From the NCBI GenBank assembly GCA_965279035.1, contig OZ257142.1, forward strand, positions 128,001 to 192,000: a stretch of 64,000 nucleotides of DNA, written 5' to 3'. Numbering within the stretch: position 1 is the first letter of the stretch; each line of letters starts with the position of its first letter. The position numbers and the translations under genes are program-made. Positions 30,201-42,300 of this stretch are shown here, in pieces. Source of the DNA: Bacteroidia bacterium (GTDB lineage: Bacteria; Bacteroidota; Bacteroidia; M30B66). The notes under the pieces are model-generated. The model saw nothing but the letters and a program-made list of their open reading frames with translations. It was not told the DNA's origin and did no database searches.

Positions 30201-32253
30201 AAGTTCATTCCAATACATTCCCGGAAAACGAGGTTGGGCGCAAGATCATTTCTTTCAATTTAAAAAAGACACCTACAACCAAATCAATTACTTACGCCCT
30301 GTGCGCTATTTCGATTTTGTAAGCAACGCGAAAGAAATTACCTGCTATGCGTATGGTTATCCTTGGGAAGTAAGTGAACTTTGGGCAACCTCGTATAAAA
30401 TTGACGCTGAAGTTTGGGCTGATGCAGGATGTAGCTTGGATGGCGCTGTATACATTGCTGTTATTGATTCGGTTACACTACTCCCTTGGCTCTCTCCACA
30501 AAATTGCTGGGATGTTGGAAATCAGTTCGGACAGTTCAACAATACCTGTCAGTGTAAAAGTGGAAGCCGCATGGCAAATTTCGTGTTTCGTAACGAAGGT
30601 TCTGCAACCGAAATGGCAGCTATGCGCGATATGATTAACAGTGTTCCTAACGGACATTATATCTTAGCCTATACTTGGATTTACGGGAATTATCAAACTT
30701 GGGATGAAAGTGTAATTCAAGCATTCGAAGATTTAGGTGCTGATAGTGTTCGATATTTACCTAATGAATACCCTTATATTTTTCTTGCTAAGAAAGGACA
30801 TCCCGAAACTGCCATTGAATTGATTGCTGATTCGGCCAATGCAAATCTGGTCTTGAGTGCACCGATGTATAATAGCTGGGTAAGTGGTGACTTTTCATCC
30901 ACTTTGATTGGTCCTGGTTCTGGTTGGGATACCCTAAGTTGGAAGGCAAAACAGTTCGACAATCCTTTAGACAGCATCAGAATTCAAGTAAAAGGTATTC
31001 AATACAATGGAACAGAAGATGTCATTTTAGAAGCAACAACGGGTTCTGAAGGAAATCTGAATCTTTCTCCACTCATCGGGACAACTTCCTATTCTTACCT
31101 AAAGTTGAATGCCTTCATGCGTGATGATTCCTTGCGTACACCCGTTCAACTTGATCGTTGGCAAGTAACATTCGATCCTGTGCCAGAATGTGCGTTGAAT
31201 CCTTTAGCTGGATTGTATATGAATAATGACACCATTCAGCAAGGTGATAGTCTTAAAATAGCGATTGCCATTCAGAATATCAGTGAATTGCCGATGGATA
31301 GCATGTTAGTTGCCTATTGGATTCAAGATGCCGATCGGAATATTTATCCGGTTAATTATACGCGTCAAAAACCACTAGCACCGGGTGAGATATTGTATGA
31401 TACCGTTGCCGTTTCAACTTTATCGTATTCGGGATTGAATTCAATTTGGGTTGAAGCCAATCCAAACAACGATCAGCCAGAACAATTCCGTTTCAACAAC
31501 ATCGGATCTCTCAATTTCTTTATTGATTCAGATCACATCAATCCACTGATGGACGTGACATTTGATGCAGTACACATATTGAATGGAGATATCATTTCCC
31601 CAAAACCTGAAGTGATTATCCAATTAAAAGATGAAAATCCTTATTTAGCATTGAATGATACGAGTTCCTTTCAACTGTATTTGAGAAAACCATCTCAAAG
31701 TACGGCGAGTCCTATTTATTTTCATACAACGCCAGAACTCAGTTTTATTGCTGCTTCATTGCCATTGAATAAAGCAAAACTCGAATGGAGACCATTGTTT
31801 ACAGAAGATGGAAAATACGATTTGATCGTTAAAGCCAAAGATCGTTCGAACAATGCCAGTGGATCGGTTCAGTATAGTATTTCTTTTGAGGTGATTAATA
31901 AATCAACTATCACAAACATTCTCAACTATCCGAATCCGTTTAGTACGAAAACTCACTTTGTTTTCACTTTAACCGGTTCTCAAATTCCGGATGAATTTAG
32001 GATTCAGATTATGACCATTACTGGAAAAGTGGTGAAAGATATTCGACGGGAAGAACTTGGTCCGATTCGAATTGGTCGAAATGTAACAGAATATGTGTGG
32101 GATGGGCGCGATGAATTTGGAGATCAACTTGCCAATGGAATTTATCTCTATCGGGTGATGACTTCCATCGATGGTCAACAAATCGAACGAAGAGAAACTG
32201 GAGCGGATACGTATTTTGAACGAGGATTTGGAAAAATGTACTTGATGCATTAA
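27247..32253 (+). CDS. C25 (gingipain-clan) cysteine peptidase, PorU2-like T9SS sortase
   Basis: FGNEWI, YLLLLGK, TFFGHA (His) and GNSCYAG (Cys), LHGDP, C-terminal NYPNPF...WDGRDEFG..LANGIYLY; adjacent to PorV-like gene. Confidence 0.82.
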   Translation: MVKRYFLPFLFLFFVQSILAQPFGNEWIQYNQSYYKIKVWNDGVYRISFAALTEAIPALVATDPRNLQIFGRGQEQAIYIQGESDGTWDSADFVEFFGRKNTGWLDASMYPDANAHGNPNYSLISDTASYFITWNSSTSNLRMISETDVNFTGITAAPYFINQVNYQETSDYYFGKTDFNNSTDPEYTDGEGWAGAVFTAPLLNQIISLPSTNAVATGPQANLSIVYNTISNAPWFNDHHYQMQLSNLAVLDTIMEGHGCRKFSFSMNASGLGASTTQFKHSYLGINDNNGVLVTSNSMFSNYVWRYPHSFNLENKTYYRMWLPDNPNSSNYLLNMSNLAAAGSTVWLYDLSNGKRITVLPVAGVYKAIVPNGSGAEKELFVVPENQFSSIAGTAIQPVNSASAQPGKFTDLQNIPGYQFLLVSNRNLSQEAQNYKAYRTAKYSSEVVYVDELFDQFSYGITQHPLAIRNFANTALSYWTTKPEYLLLLGKSISAHFIRNDAQAWSECMVPTYGFPSSDALLTAGLNGTLPYEPALATGRVAAKNGADVTAYLNKLQEYEANEPALWMKQILHFGGGQSQGEQQTYLNYLGTYKHTIEDTLFGGTVYTYQKTSSAPIEQTQSAIIADYINNGVSLMTFFGHATGSGFDVSIDDPGSYNNQGKYPFLIGNSCYAGDIHQPPGFGFSQSEEFTLIPNRGTIGFIASVSLGIPNQLHTYTDSLYKYIGQRHYGEPVGMSMKRVCHDIYSNDPFRKAVILETTLHGDPGVAMNHADLPDYLTTAPEVYFDPNEVTTEVDSFSLNIVVTNVGRATNQPVTLEVVRNFPGTGLTTTYSRVMQQLYYRDTLHIRMPVTDLVKGGVGINTFNIRIDPLNQQAELSESNNNLTATLIIRSAEVLPVWPYEYALVPDNSVTLKASTGDPFAPVRNYIFEMDTTDLFNSPFKITTTITQAGGVLNWVPPLTLQDSMVYFWRVSPDSVAGGSYRWKESSFQYIPGKRGWAQDHFFQFKKDTYNQINYLRPVRYFDFVSNAKEITCYAYGYPWEVSELWATSYKIDAEVWADAGCSLDGAVYIAVIDSVTLLPWLSPQNCWDVGNQFGQFNNTCQCKSGSRMANFVFRNEGSATEMAAMRDMINSVPNGHYILAYTWIYGNYQTWDESVIQAFEDLGADSVRYLPNEYPYIFLAKKGHPETAIELIADSANANLVLSAPMYNSWVSGDFSSTLIGPGSGWDTLSWKAKQFDNPLDSIRIQVKGIQYNGTEDVILEATTGSEGNLNLSPLIGTTSYSYLKLNAFMRDDSLRTPVQLDRWQVTFDPVPECALNPLAGLYMNNDTIQQGDSLKIAIAIQNISELPMDSMLVAYWIQDADRNIYPVNYTRQKPLAPGEILYDTVAVSTLSYSGLNSIWVEANPNNDQPEQFRFNNIGSLNFFIDSDHINPLMDVTFDAVHILNGDIISPKPEVIIQLKDENPYLALNDTSSFQLYLRKPSQSTASPIYFHTTPELSFIAASLPLNKAKLEWRPLFTEDGKYDLIVKAKDRSNNASGSVQYSISFEVINKSTITNILNYPNPFSTKTHFVFTLTGSQIPDEFRIQIMTITGKVVKDIRREELGPIRIGRNVTEYVWDGRDEFGDQLANGIYLYRVMTSIDGQQIERRETGADTYFERGFGKMYLMH

Positions 32254-32273
32254 GATCAATAAATAATACATTG

Positions 32274-32314
32274 AAAAGGTTCAGTTAACAAGAAGTTAAA
32301 CTGGACCTTTTTTT
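32274..32314 (+). terminator. Rho-independent terminator
   Basis: AAAAGGTTCAGTTAAC...GTTAAACTGGACCTTTTTTT. Confidence 0.75.
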
Positions 32315-32408
32315 ATGATTTTATTGAAACTAAAAACTCGCAAAACCTTACAAGTGTTTGTATTGTAAAGGAATTTGCAGATATTTGATTTCAAACAAGT
32401 TCAACCAA

Positions 32409-34328
32409 ATGAGAAAAATTTATCTATCACTTTCGCTCCTCCTTGCAGGCATGGGGCTTTCAAACGCACAACGTGTTTGTGGAACAATGGGCCATCATGA
32501 AATGTTGCTCAACCAAGATCCAAACTATGCACAACGCATGGAACAAATCGAAGAGCATACACGTCAATTCATTCAACATGGTGGAGAGCGTGTAGTTGTT
32601 AATATTCCCGTGGTATTCCACGTTGTTTACAATACTTCGGCTCAAAATATCAGTGATGCTTTATTACAAGCTCAGCTCAATCAATTAAATCAAGATTTCC
32701 GTAAGCTAAACTCTGATGTATCATCTGTTCCAGCATTGTTTGCAGGTGTTGCTGCCGACATGGAAATTAACTTCTGTTTAGCTCAACAAACACCCACTGG
32801 TGCGGCTACATCAGGTATCATTCGTAAATCTACTACAACAACTTCTTTTTCTGATAATGACGCTGTTAAGTCTTCTTCAACAGGAGGAGACAATGCATGG
32901 GACGCTACCAAATACTTAAATCTTTGGGTATGTAACATGGGCGGTGGTATTTTAGGTTATGCACAATTTCCTGGTGGGCCAGCTGCTACTGATGGTGTTG
33001 TTCTTCAGTACAATACAGTTGGTAGTCGCGCTACTCCAGGTTCTGCAAGTCCATATAACCTTGGACGTACTGCAACTCACGAAATTGGTCACTGGCTAAA
33101 TCTTCGCCATATCTGGGGTGATGCTAATTGCGGAAGTGACTTAGTAAGTGATACACCAACTCATACAACATCTAATTTTGGCTGCCCTTCATATCCTAAA
33201 ACCAATACGTGTACTGGTGGTGGAACTGAAATGACAATGAACTACATGGATTACACAGATGATGCATGTATGTATATGTTCTCAGCTGGTCAAAAAGCAC
33301 GCTCTCAAGCCCTATTCGCAACAGGTGGTGCACGTGTAGGTATTTTAACTTCCGTAGGATGCTCTGCTCCAAGTGGTGGAACAACGTGTAATGTACCAAG
33401 CGGACTTTCTTCAAGTTCAATTACTTCTAATGCAGCAACCGTGAGTTGGGCTGGAGCAACTGGAGCTACTTCGTATAGTTTACAGTACAAAACGGCTGCT
33501 GCTTTAACTTGGAATACTGTTGCAGTATCTTCAACGAGCTATGCTTTAAGTGGTTTAGTTGCATCTACAACCTATAATTTCCAAGTTGCTTCGGTATGTT
33601 CTGGTGGAACAAGCGCTTATTCTTCGGCTGCTTCATTTACAACTTCTGCTGTAAGCACAACCTGTAGCGATACTTGGGAATCAAATAATACAACCGCTAC
33701 AGCCAAAACCATTACTGTAGCTACAAATATTCAAGCTACCATTGGTACCTCTACCGATAAAGACTATTTCAAATTCAGTAATACGACAGCTGCTAAAAAC
33801 ATCAAAGTTACTTTGACGAATTTACCTGGTGATTATGATTTGAAATTGTATAAAGGAACAAGCACTCTTCTTGGAACATCACAAAATGCTGGTACAACAT
33901 CAGAATCATTAATCTACAATACAACTTCCGCTGCTGCTACTTATTATGCTTATGTATATGGTTACAACAGTGCATTTAGTGCAACAAGTTGCTATACGCT
34001 TCGTGCTGAAATAAGCTCTAGTACATTTGTACGTATGTCTGGTGAAACCGAATCGGACGAATCAATGATTATTGAAGGAGCCCTTTCAATCTATCCAAAC
34101 CCAACTAATGGAACGTTGAATATTCGTCTTCAACCAGAAGCTGATTTAAACCAAACAGTAAGCGTTTACAATAGCTTGGGTCAATTGGTTGATTCGTATG
34201 AATTGAGCTTTACGAAAAACCAACCTGCTGTTGAGATTCGTATGAATGATCTTACTGATGGAATTTATTTCGTACGTGTATTCGATGGCAATACCGTTCA
34301 AACACGTAAAGTAATGCTTCGTAAATAA
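32409..34328 (+). CDS. M43 (pappalysin/ulilysin-like) zinc metalloprotease with FN3 and PPC domains and T9SS type A CTD
   Basis: RVCGT prodomain, HEIGHWLNLRH, Met-turn MNYMDY, IYPNP CTD; ATG 32409 gives signal peptide MRKIYLSL. Confidence 0.92.
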   Translation: MRKIYLSLSLLLAGMGLSNAQRVCGTMGHHEMLLNQDPNYAQRMEQIEEHTRQFIQHGGERVVVNIPVVFHVVYNTSAQNISDALLQAQLNQLNQDFRKLNSDVSSVPALFAGVAADMEINFCLAQQTPTGAATSGIIRKSTTTTSFSDNDAVKSSSTGGDNAWDATKYLNLWVCNMGGGILGYAQFPGGPAATDGVVLQYNTVGSRATPGSASPYNLGRTATHEIGHWLNLRHIWGDANCGSDLVSDTPTHTTSNFGCPSYPKTNTCTGGGTEMTMNYMDYTDDACMYMFSAGQKARSQALFATGGARVGILTSVGCSAPSGGTTCNVPSGLSSSSITSNAATVSWAGATGATSYSLQYKTAAALTWNTVAVSSTSYALSGLVASTTYNFQVASVCSGGTSAYSSAASFTTSAVSTTCSDTWESNNTTATAKTITVATNIQATIGTSTDKDYFKFSNTTAAKNIKVTLTNLPGDYDLKLYKGTSTLLGTSQNAGTTSESLIYNTTSAAATYYAYVYGYNSAFSATSCYTLRAEISSSTFVRMSGETESDESMIIEGALSIYPNPTNGTLNIRLQPEADLNQTVSVYNSLGQLVDSYELSFTKNQPAVEIRMNDLTDGIYFVRVFDGNTVQTRKVMLRK

Positions 34329-34346
34329 GCAAATTCAATAAAATTC

Positions 34347-34382
34347 AAAAGCGCGACATAGCACTATGTCGCGCTTTTTTTA
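34347..34382 (+). terminator. Rho-independent terminator
   Basis: AAAAGCGCGACATAG-CA-CTATGTCGCGCTTTTTTT. Confidence 0.9.
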
Positions 34383-34768
34383 TGGAATAAACGAAACCAT
34401 TTAAATTTCTATTTCATTCTATGGAACCGTTCAGCTTAAGAAAGAATTTGTTAAAGCAAAACCAATCAATCCAATCCTCTTTCCATACGGTTCCGAATTA
34501 TTATTCAATTCAAATTCCTTAGAATGAGCCAATGTAAAAGAAACCTTTATATCATATAAAACAATAAATAGAAAGTTTATGAAGCCATTTTATATTGACA
34601 TAATTGATTCAAGTAATATGTCAACGAATAGATACTAAATATCCAATAAACACATGCTTTTTCTATTTCTACTCAGGTTCGATTTAAACTGAATGTCATT
34701 GAAATTTGAATGTTTAATCCATCCTGAAATAGATCATAGACGTTTAAAATCAGGCATTAGTACAAATA

Positions 34769-34798
34769 AAAAAGGCCCGAACCAATGTTCGAGCCTCG
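34769..34798 (-). terminator. Probable terminator of the 34818..36212 gene
   Basis: On minus strand AGGCTCGAAC-ATTG-GTTCGGGCCT followed by T-run. Confidence 0.7.
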
Positions 34799-34817
34799 TA
34801 AAAGTTGATTGTTTAAT

Positions 34818-36212
34818 TTAAAACTTAACAGCTCTTAGCGTTATATCCGTTTGATTTCCAGCAAGTCGAACAACATACATTCCTGGAGCGGCCGATTGAA
34901 GATCGCTTAGTTGAATAGTATTATCTCCCACATTAAGACTTGTTTGCTTTTGAGAAACAATACGTCCTGAAAGATCGAGTAGTTGAATAACAACGTGCTC
35001 TTGTGATCCAGCAGATACATTCATGCGAACAACATCCTGAAAAGGATTAGGATAAAGTGATATGCTTGTTGTTGAAGTAGAAGCAATGGCGTTAGGAAAG
35101 TCAGAATAAATGGCAAATACTCCATTCAATGAAGTGAAATTAGCCGTTGAAAAAGATTCACCAATATTCACATTGGTGCCATCAACCCAATTAGTACCGC
35201 TGCTCTGAGCAATAACACGATTGGCAACCGTAGCCCAATCAGAAGGTTCAACAGCACCTGTATAGTCAAAACGAACCGATGCTGCAGTAACAGAACCACT
35301 TGCATGAATCTCCCATTCTAAACGGATATGACTATTTACTTGACTTGATAAATCAGGATTAAAAGAAATTGGATTTCCTGCAGAACGAACACGACCAGCT
35401 ACACTTGCTGTATTGGATGGAGTTATAGCCGAAATACTAATTGGTGCGTAAAGATCTTCAGTCCCAACAGGAATGATCGTAGCACCAGATACATTAACTG
35501 GAACTGAAAGTAATCCTGCTCCTACCGTTTTTACATAACTATTTCCATTTCCAGGAAAAACAAGAGCTCCGGGAAGGATTGAAACGTTCGAAGTACTTAA
35601 AACAAGATATCCTCCTTCGGGGCGATTTAATTGTAAAGAACCAGAAATTTGAACATCGCCTGTTGAATACACATGGATGTCAGCTCCCGCTAGTACAATA
35701 TCACGAACTGTTGAAGCACCTAAAAACGTGAGTTGAAATGTTTTTGTAAGGGTAACAGTTTCATCATAATTTCCTGATCCAACATAAACAGTCCCATTTG
35801 AACTTACCATATTAACACCATCCGAAATACTTGAACCAGGATTTACTGTTATTGTTTGTGCAGAAAATGCCGATGGAGCTGGTTTTGGTGCTACCAATTG
35901 AGCACCTCCACTAAAAGTAAACGAGCTGAAATAAGCAGTTGTAGCGCCAGTTTTTAAAAGAACGACACTTTTATCAATAATTACATCTTCGGTATAGAAA
36001 CCAGATTCAACACTCACGATGTCTCCGTCTGTTGCTAACGACAAGGCACCATTTTGCCCCGACAAGCTCAACTTCGGTCCAGAGGAACCCGAAACTGTTG
36101 CAGAAAGACCGTCATTACTGTCGTTGCCTGTTGTGGCATTCACATAAATTATTGATTGTGCTGAAGCAAAAACTGCTGTCAACATGAATACAAGAGTAAA
36201 AAGTTTCTTCAT
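34818..36212 (-). CDS. Secreted protein with T9SS type A CTD
   Basis: MKKLFTLVF signal peptide, IYVNATTGNDSNDG, LYPNPF...GMYVVRL; TACATTTG box at 36237-36244 supports start 36212. Confidence 0.8.
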   Translation of the reverse strand: MKKLFTLVFMLTAVFASAQSIIYVNATTGNDSNDGLSATVSGSSGPKLSLSGQNGALSLATDGDIVSVESGFYTEDVIIDKSVVLLKTGATTAYFSSFTFSGGAQLVAPKPAPSAFSAQTITVNPGSSISDGVNMVSSNGTVYVGSGNYDETVTLTKTFQLTFLGASTVRDIVLAGADIHVYSTGDVQISGSLQLNRPEGGYLVLSTSNVSILPGALVFPGNGNSYVKTVGAGLLSVPVNVSGATIIPVGTEDLYAPISISAITPSNTASVAGRVRSAGNPISFNPDLSSQVNSHIRLEWEIHASGSVTAASVRFDYTGAVEPSDWATVANRVIAQSSGTNWVDGTNVNIGESFSTANFTSLNGVFAIYSDFPNAIASTSTTSISLYPNPFQDVVRMNVSAGSQEHVVIQLLDLSGRIVSQKQTSLNVGDNTIQLSDLQSAAPGMYVVRLAGNQTDITLRAVKF

Positions 36213-36290
36213 AGATCGATGCTTGTATAGCTGAAACAAATGTAATTGAATAATTGAATTGTTTAAATCCTGTCTGCTTGCTTGTATATA

Positions 36291-36323
36291 AAAAAAGAGG
36301 GGCCGGAAAACCGACCCCTCTTT
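36291..36323 (-). terminator. Rho-independent terminator of the giant gene
   Basis: Minus strand AAAGAGGGGTCGG-TTTT-CCGGCCCCTCTTTTTT. Confidence 0.85.
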
Positions 36324-36345
36324 CAGGATTTAATTGAAGCTAAAC

Positions 36346-39300
36346 TTATTTCGCGATAGTCAAGCGACCAACACTACGGAAGTTTTTGCTGTCAATAGAA
36401 ACTTCATAAACTCCATTAGCTAAACCATTGATATCAAGTTCAACGATAGCACCAGAACGAAGGTTAGTCAAGTTGTGTTTGTTAACTAAACGTCCAGCAG
36501 CATCAGTAATACTGATTGTAGCTTGAGCATCTTTCAAGTCAACATTTAACAACAATTTAGCAGCTTCGTTAGCAGGGTTAGGATAGATAGAGAATCCTTT
36601 GCTGTTGCCAACATTTGCAATTCCAGTTGTATTGTCTGTTACAGATACTACAGAAGTTGCAGTTGAAGAACAACCACCGCTCAATGCAGTAAGAGTTACA
36701 GTGTAAATACCTGGTTGCATGTAAGCATGAACTGGTGTAGCAGAAGTAGTTTCAATTGTACCATCTCCAAAGTTCCAGATGAATTCAGTTGCACCAGGAG
36801 CTGTTGCAGCAAATTCAATAATTGCATCAGCAAGTTGAACTGTGTTAGATGATGCGATAAAGCTTGCTGGAGAAAGAACTCCTGAAACTCCGATGTTAGA
36901 AGAAAGACTAAATACGCTTCCATCAACATAAGACATATCAACTGTGTAAGAACCTGAACTTAGGTTTTGGAAGATATGCTCACCTACAAACTGACCAGAA
37001 TTCGATACCGTTTCACCATTGTTGTTTTTCAACACTGCAGTCATAGGGTAAGCCATGTTGCTGTTGCTAACAATCAATTTACCGTTTGTTTCGCCAACAC
37101 AAGTTGAACTTGACGCCATGTTTACTGGAGCCATGAAGTGTAGACGGAAACGAACACCTTGGAATGAAGGATCGGTAGTGAACGTGTAGTTCGGATTGCT
37201 GTTTAAGCCTTGGAATGTTCCAGTAGCACGGTCTTCTAAGAACACGCGTGTTGATGGATCAAAGTCAACATACTCAGTCATCGAAATTGTGTATTCACCA
37301 TTAGTAGTCATTGAAGTACCTAGGTCAACAATACGAGTAGCCTGAAGTGGGCTGAACATTTGAATTACTAGATCTTGATTATCCAATTTAGAATAGATAT
37401 CGAATCCAGTAGTTCCAGGCATACGTGGAGAATCTTCACCACCTACAAACTGATCAGAAGATGTTTCAGAGAAAGCAACTACAGTGTTTACTGCTGTTCC
37501 AACTGAATTTTTCAAGTCCAAACGAACCAAAGAAATGTTAGAAGTAACATCAAAGAACTGTGTGCTATTTACAGGGTATGTAGGAACACGGTCTTCACAA
37601 CTGAATGTGATATCGTTTGTGTTCTGAACATCTGTCATGAAAGCTTGACAAGCACCTAATTCAAGGGCTGCAACACTATATCCAGAAGGAGGAGTTCCAC
37701 CAGCTGCAAGGTTAGAGCTATTGATTACTACATAATCACCTGTTGAGAAAGGAATGTTTCCAGATTGATTCCATAAGTAGATAGAACCAAGTGTACCTGA
37801 ATTTGTTCCGCGAGCTCTTAACTCATTAATCTTCAATGAAGATGGGAATGGGTTACCAATTAAGTTGAAGTTATTTGCTCCAGTAATTGTTGGAGTATAA
37901 TCGAAACTTACTTGGTTAGGTAGACCATTGAATACCACATTACCATTACCAGCATACGTTTGAATGTAACCACGACCAATTTGCATTGCAGTTGATGGTG
38001 ATAGTGCAGTACCCCAACCTAATTGTACGTTAGCACCAGCTCCAGGAGCAGTGTTGTTGTAAGTGTAAAGGTTACTTCCGTATGAAGTAGCAAGACACGT
38101 TGTATTTCCGTTTGATATTGGAGAAGACCAATAGTCATACATACCATACACAGAACCGCTACGACGATAAATGATAGAACCATTTACAGTACCACCGTAA
38201 TTGTAAGAAGGGTTTGTTGTTTTAACACCACCTGACAACAATACTGAATTGTTGATGAATGATAATTTACCATTCGAATTCAATTGAGCATTGGTTTTAA
38301 CACCTAAAGCACCTTCAATAATGATTTGATATGAAGTAGAAGGAGTGTTGATGTTGTGAATGTTATACAATGGATTCACATTCGTATTCACGAATTCAAG
38401 AACCCCTGTACCAGCAACATGTGGATTAGCCAAGATGAATGGATTTCCTTGAGCTGAAACGAAACCACCGCGTTGTAAAGAAGAGTTGATTCTCAATTTC
38501 GCAGCTGGATCAATTGTAATTCTAGCTGCATTCGCTGTAAGCGTATTGTAGTAGAAATTGATACCGTGTACGTCTTGAGTTCCAATTACATAAGGGTAGT
38601 TGTTTGTAGCAGACTGGGGAATGATAATCGATTTGCTGATTGAAGGTAGGATACCTGTTGTAGTTAAATCTCCACCATACCAGTTAGAAGGATTTAAGAA
38701 CACATAATCTCCAGCATTACCTGACCAGTAAAGACCGCTCATTACTAACAGTTTGAAGAAACCTACTGGAGGAGCAATGTTCGCTTGACGACTACCTACA
38801 CGAATGAATACATTGCTACCTGGAGTAAGACCAGAAGCAGAAACATATGTATGACCATCAACACCATTGAACGCATCACAACCTAATTGAGTCAATGTAC
38901 CAGTACAAGTACCATCACTTGAAGAGTAAATGGCAACTACAGTACTATCCAAATCGAATGTTGTAACAGCATTATTTGCATCGAACGTATAAACATGGAT
39001 ATCTCCTGAAGCAGGAATCACTGATTTATACCAAACATCTGATTTTAATAGAGTACACAAACCAGCCAAACTACCTGTGATAGGAGCTCCAAGGTTTGTT
39101 CTGTTAACAACAGAAGCTAAGCTCGCAGGAGGCGCATCCAATACAGTTACAGAAGCTGCATTACAAATTTGGTCAGTTACAACTGAACAAACGTTAACTG
39201 GCAATGTAAGTGCGTTACTTTGACAACCTGTACCAGGGTTTGTTACTTTAACTGAATACACACTGTTGTTGAAAGGAGCTGCATAAACAGTACTTACAGG

Positions 39301-42300
39301 AGTGTTGGCAACGTATGCTGATGAAGCAGCAACATCATTGAACAAACCACCAGCAGGAGAGAAAGAGAACTGTGGAGTAGAGATTGTCTCGTTCACTTGA
39401 ACGTTATCAACGGCTACCCAATATCCCCACTCAGAATAATAAGAGAAACGTATACGGAAGTTAGAAACACCACCAGCATAAGCTGCAGGAGGAATTGTAA
39501 CAGTCATCGTTTGGAAATCTCCCAAAGTAGTAGGAACATCTGTTGCATCAGATAAAACGCTGGCTGCAATTGGTGTCCAAGTTAAATTGTCTGTTGAATA
39601 CAATACTTGGAATACATCTGCAGGATAAGCGTTGTATGATACATCATACGTTAACACAACTGAAGTAGCAGCAGAACTAATGCTGATTGAAGCGTTTGGA
39701 GAAGTTAAGGTAGCTGTAGCTCCAGAACTGCTTGCTCCTTGAGCATCACCGATTGCTACTGCAAATGAACCTGTAGAATTAAACGTTTGAGGATAACCTG
39801 GATAGGTATATGCCGGAGGTGCAGACGGGAATGTCCAACGAGATAATGCACCAAGAACTTCAGCAGGAACAACTTGTGTGAACGCTGTTTGCCATCCAAG
39901 ACCAGCACCGAATGCGAAGTCGTCGAAGAACAAGGTCGTTACCAATGGAGTTGCAGTTGCATTGATCTGTACCGGAGTAAACGTACCGTTTGTATTTGGA
40001 CAGAACGTAATTGGACTTCCTGAAGGAATTGAAGTAACACTTGTTGGTGTAGCCGGTTTAGGATTTACACGTACAGTTATCGTTTTAGAGTTAGTACAAC
40101 CCAACGAAGTAACACCATTCACTGTATACGAGGTAGTTGTAATAGGAGAAACACTAACACTGCTTCCTACAACCGGACCAGGAGTCCAAGTATAAACATA
40201 CGTTAAGTTGGTACTGCTCACTTGAAGTGTAGTAGCATCACCTTCGCAAATTGAAACAGAAGTTGTTGGTGTAGTAGAAATACTAGGAGCAGCAGTTACT
40301 GTAGCAGTAACCAATGAACGAACACTTGAACAGCTTTTTTCAATTTGCCAGTTGTATAAGTTATACCAGTAAGAAGTACTACCTACCCAGTTGTCGGTAA
40401 ATGTTACATTGTTTGATGGAGTACCATAGTAACCAGCTGCACCAGCTGAATTTCTCAAACAAACCGGTCCAGTTACGTATACCAATTGCCAATCAGTTCC
40501 AACTGGAACATCAAAATTCAATGGAACAGTTAAAGGAGTTCCTACAAAACTTCCTGTTGAGTTAGCGTCACCAGCAGTAATAACTTGAGAATACGATAAT
40601 ACCGTATTACCTAAGTTATCTTGAAGTTCGATTTGTGCTGTACCAGCAGCTGTCGGAAACAAATCAATAGAAAGGATTTTAACCGGAGCAGATGTAGTAA
40701 ACACTTGGTAAACACCATTGAAACTCGTTCCGAAAGAACCAATTGCCGGGCTAACTGCACCTGAAGTTCCAGAACCTAGGATAGTGAATGCTTCAACATA
40801 ATAATTCGTTGAACTTGGGCCTGGCAATGTAGCTGTAGCATAAGCAACTCCTGAAGTTCTAGTTGCCAATAATGTACCTCCAGTAGAAGCATCATAATAG
40901 CGAAGATCTGAACCGGCAGAAGATGTAGCATTTAGGTTCACAGAACCAATACCGCAACGAGTACCATTGGTTACACCCAAAACTTGAGGATTGTATGCAG
41001 TGATTGCAATAGTAGAAGATGTAACTTGAGTAGTTCCGTTACATTTTACTTCTACATCGTAGTTACCAGAGAGTGTAACAGGTAAAGAAACAGAAGCAGA
41101 AGTTTGAGGAACTCCAAATGCAACTCCATTTCTTCTCCACTGATATGTAATACCTAAACCAACTGGCATTGGTACAGTAATACCAAAGTTAACTGATGAA
41201 CCAGCACAAACCGAAGTTGGTGAAGCAGTTGCAGCAGTAGCAGGGAAAGGCAATAATGTAGAGCAGTTTGGTGGAGGAAGAATGGTTACAATGTAATCTT
41301 CAGTTTCACCATATCCACTTGAACTAGCGCCACATGCTTGGTTGCTAGACAATTGGCTATCGTTACCACCACGAACGCGCATACGAAGGTTTCCTGTAGA
41401 ACCAGCAATTGGAACTACGATACTAATTGTTGAAGTACCGCCACCACCTGGTGAAGTTGTAGAACCAAAGAATTCTGTTGTTGCAAATACTCCATCATTA
41501 TTAAAGTCAATCCATACACCTAAATACTGATTTCCATCAGATCCAAATGTAGCAGATAGATTATACGTAGAACCTTGAAACAAATCCGGTTTATTAACTG
41601 CGCTGAAGTAGGTGTAATATGGACTCGCTGAACAACCTGAAGAATTTGACAAGTTGATTGAAGCACCATTCATAGACACGTTAGTGATTTCATCACCTGA
41701 GCTACAACCTGAAGAATACGTAGGAGTACAATAATCGATATAACGATTACCAGCAGGATCCACATCAGCAGAAGGTTGAGAACCTGTAGCAGTTGCACCA
41801 CCAGCAGCTGTAAATGACATATCGCCAGCTACAATTTTAGCATCTACCAAGTTTCCGATAACAGCACCCGCAGATGTATTTACACGTAACCATAGGTAAC
41901 TAGTTGCACCAACACTTACACTTAAACCAGTGAAGTTAACTACACCAGCAGCTATTGTTTGGCTTGTACCAATTTGAGCAGTAGGTGCAGCACTTGTACC
42001 TGTCCAAAGAGAAACTCCCAATGCCGCGATATCAGCAGAGCTAACACCAGTGTATGTGAATTTAGCTTGAGTTAAGGTAATTGTACCAAGTGATCCAGTT
42101 GTAGAAAGATCAACACGTAACAAATTGTTGTTAGTTGAAGAAGCTCCCATACCACCTGTTTGTTGAACAGAAGTAATAGCATTTAATGAACGAGGTGTTG
42201 GAGATGCTATAGTTACACTATAATCAACAACAGTTCCGTAGTTAATTGGATTCAAGCATACGTCTGTTTGAACGAACGTTGTATTATAACGGTTCATTAC

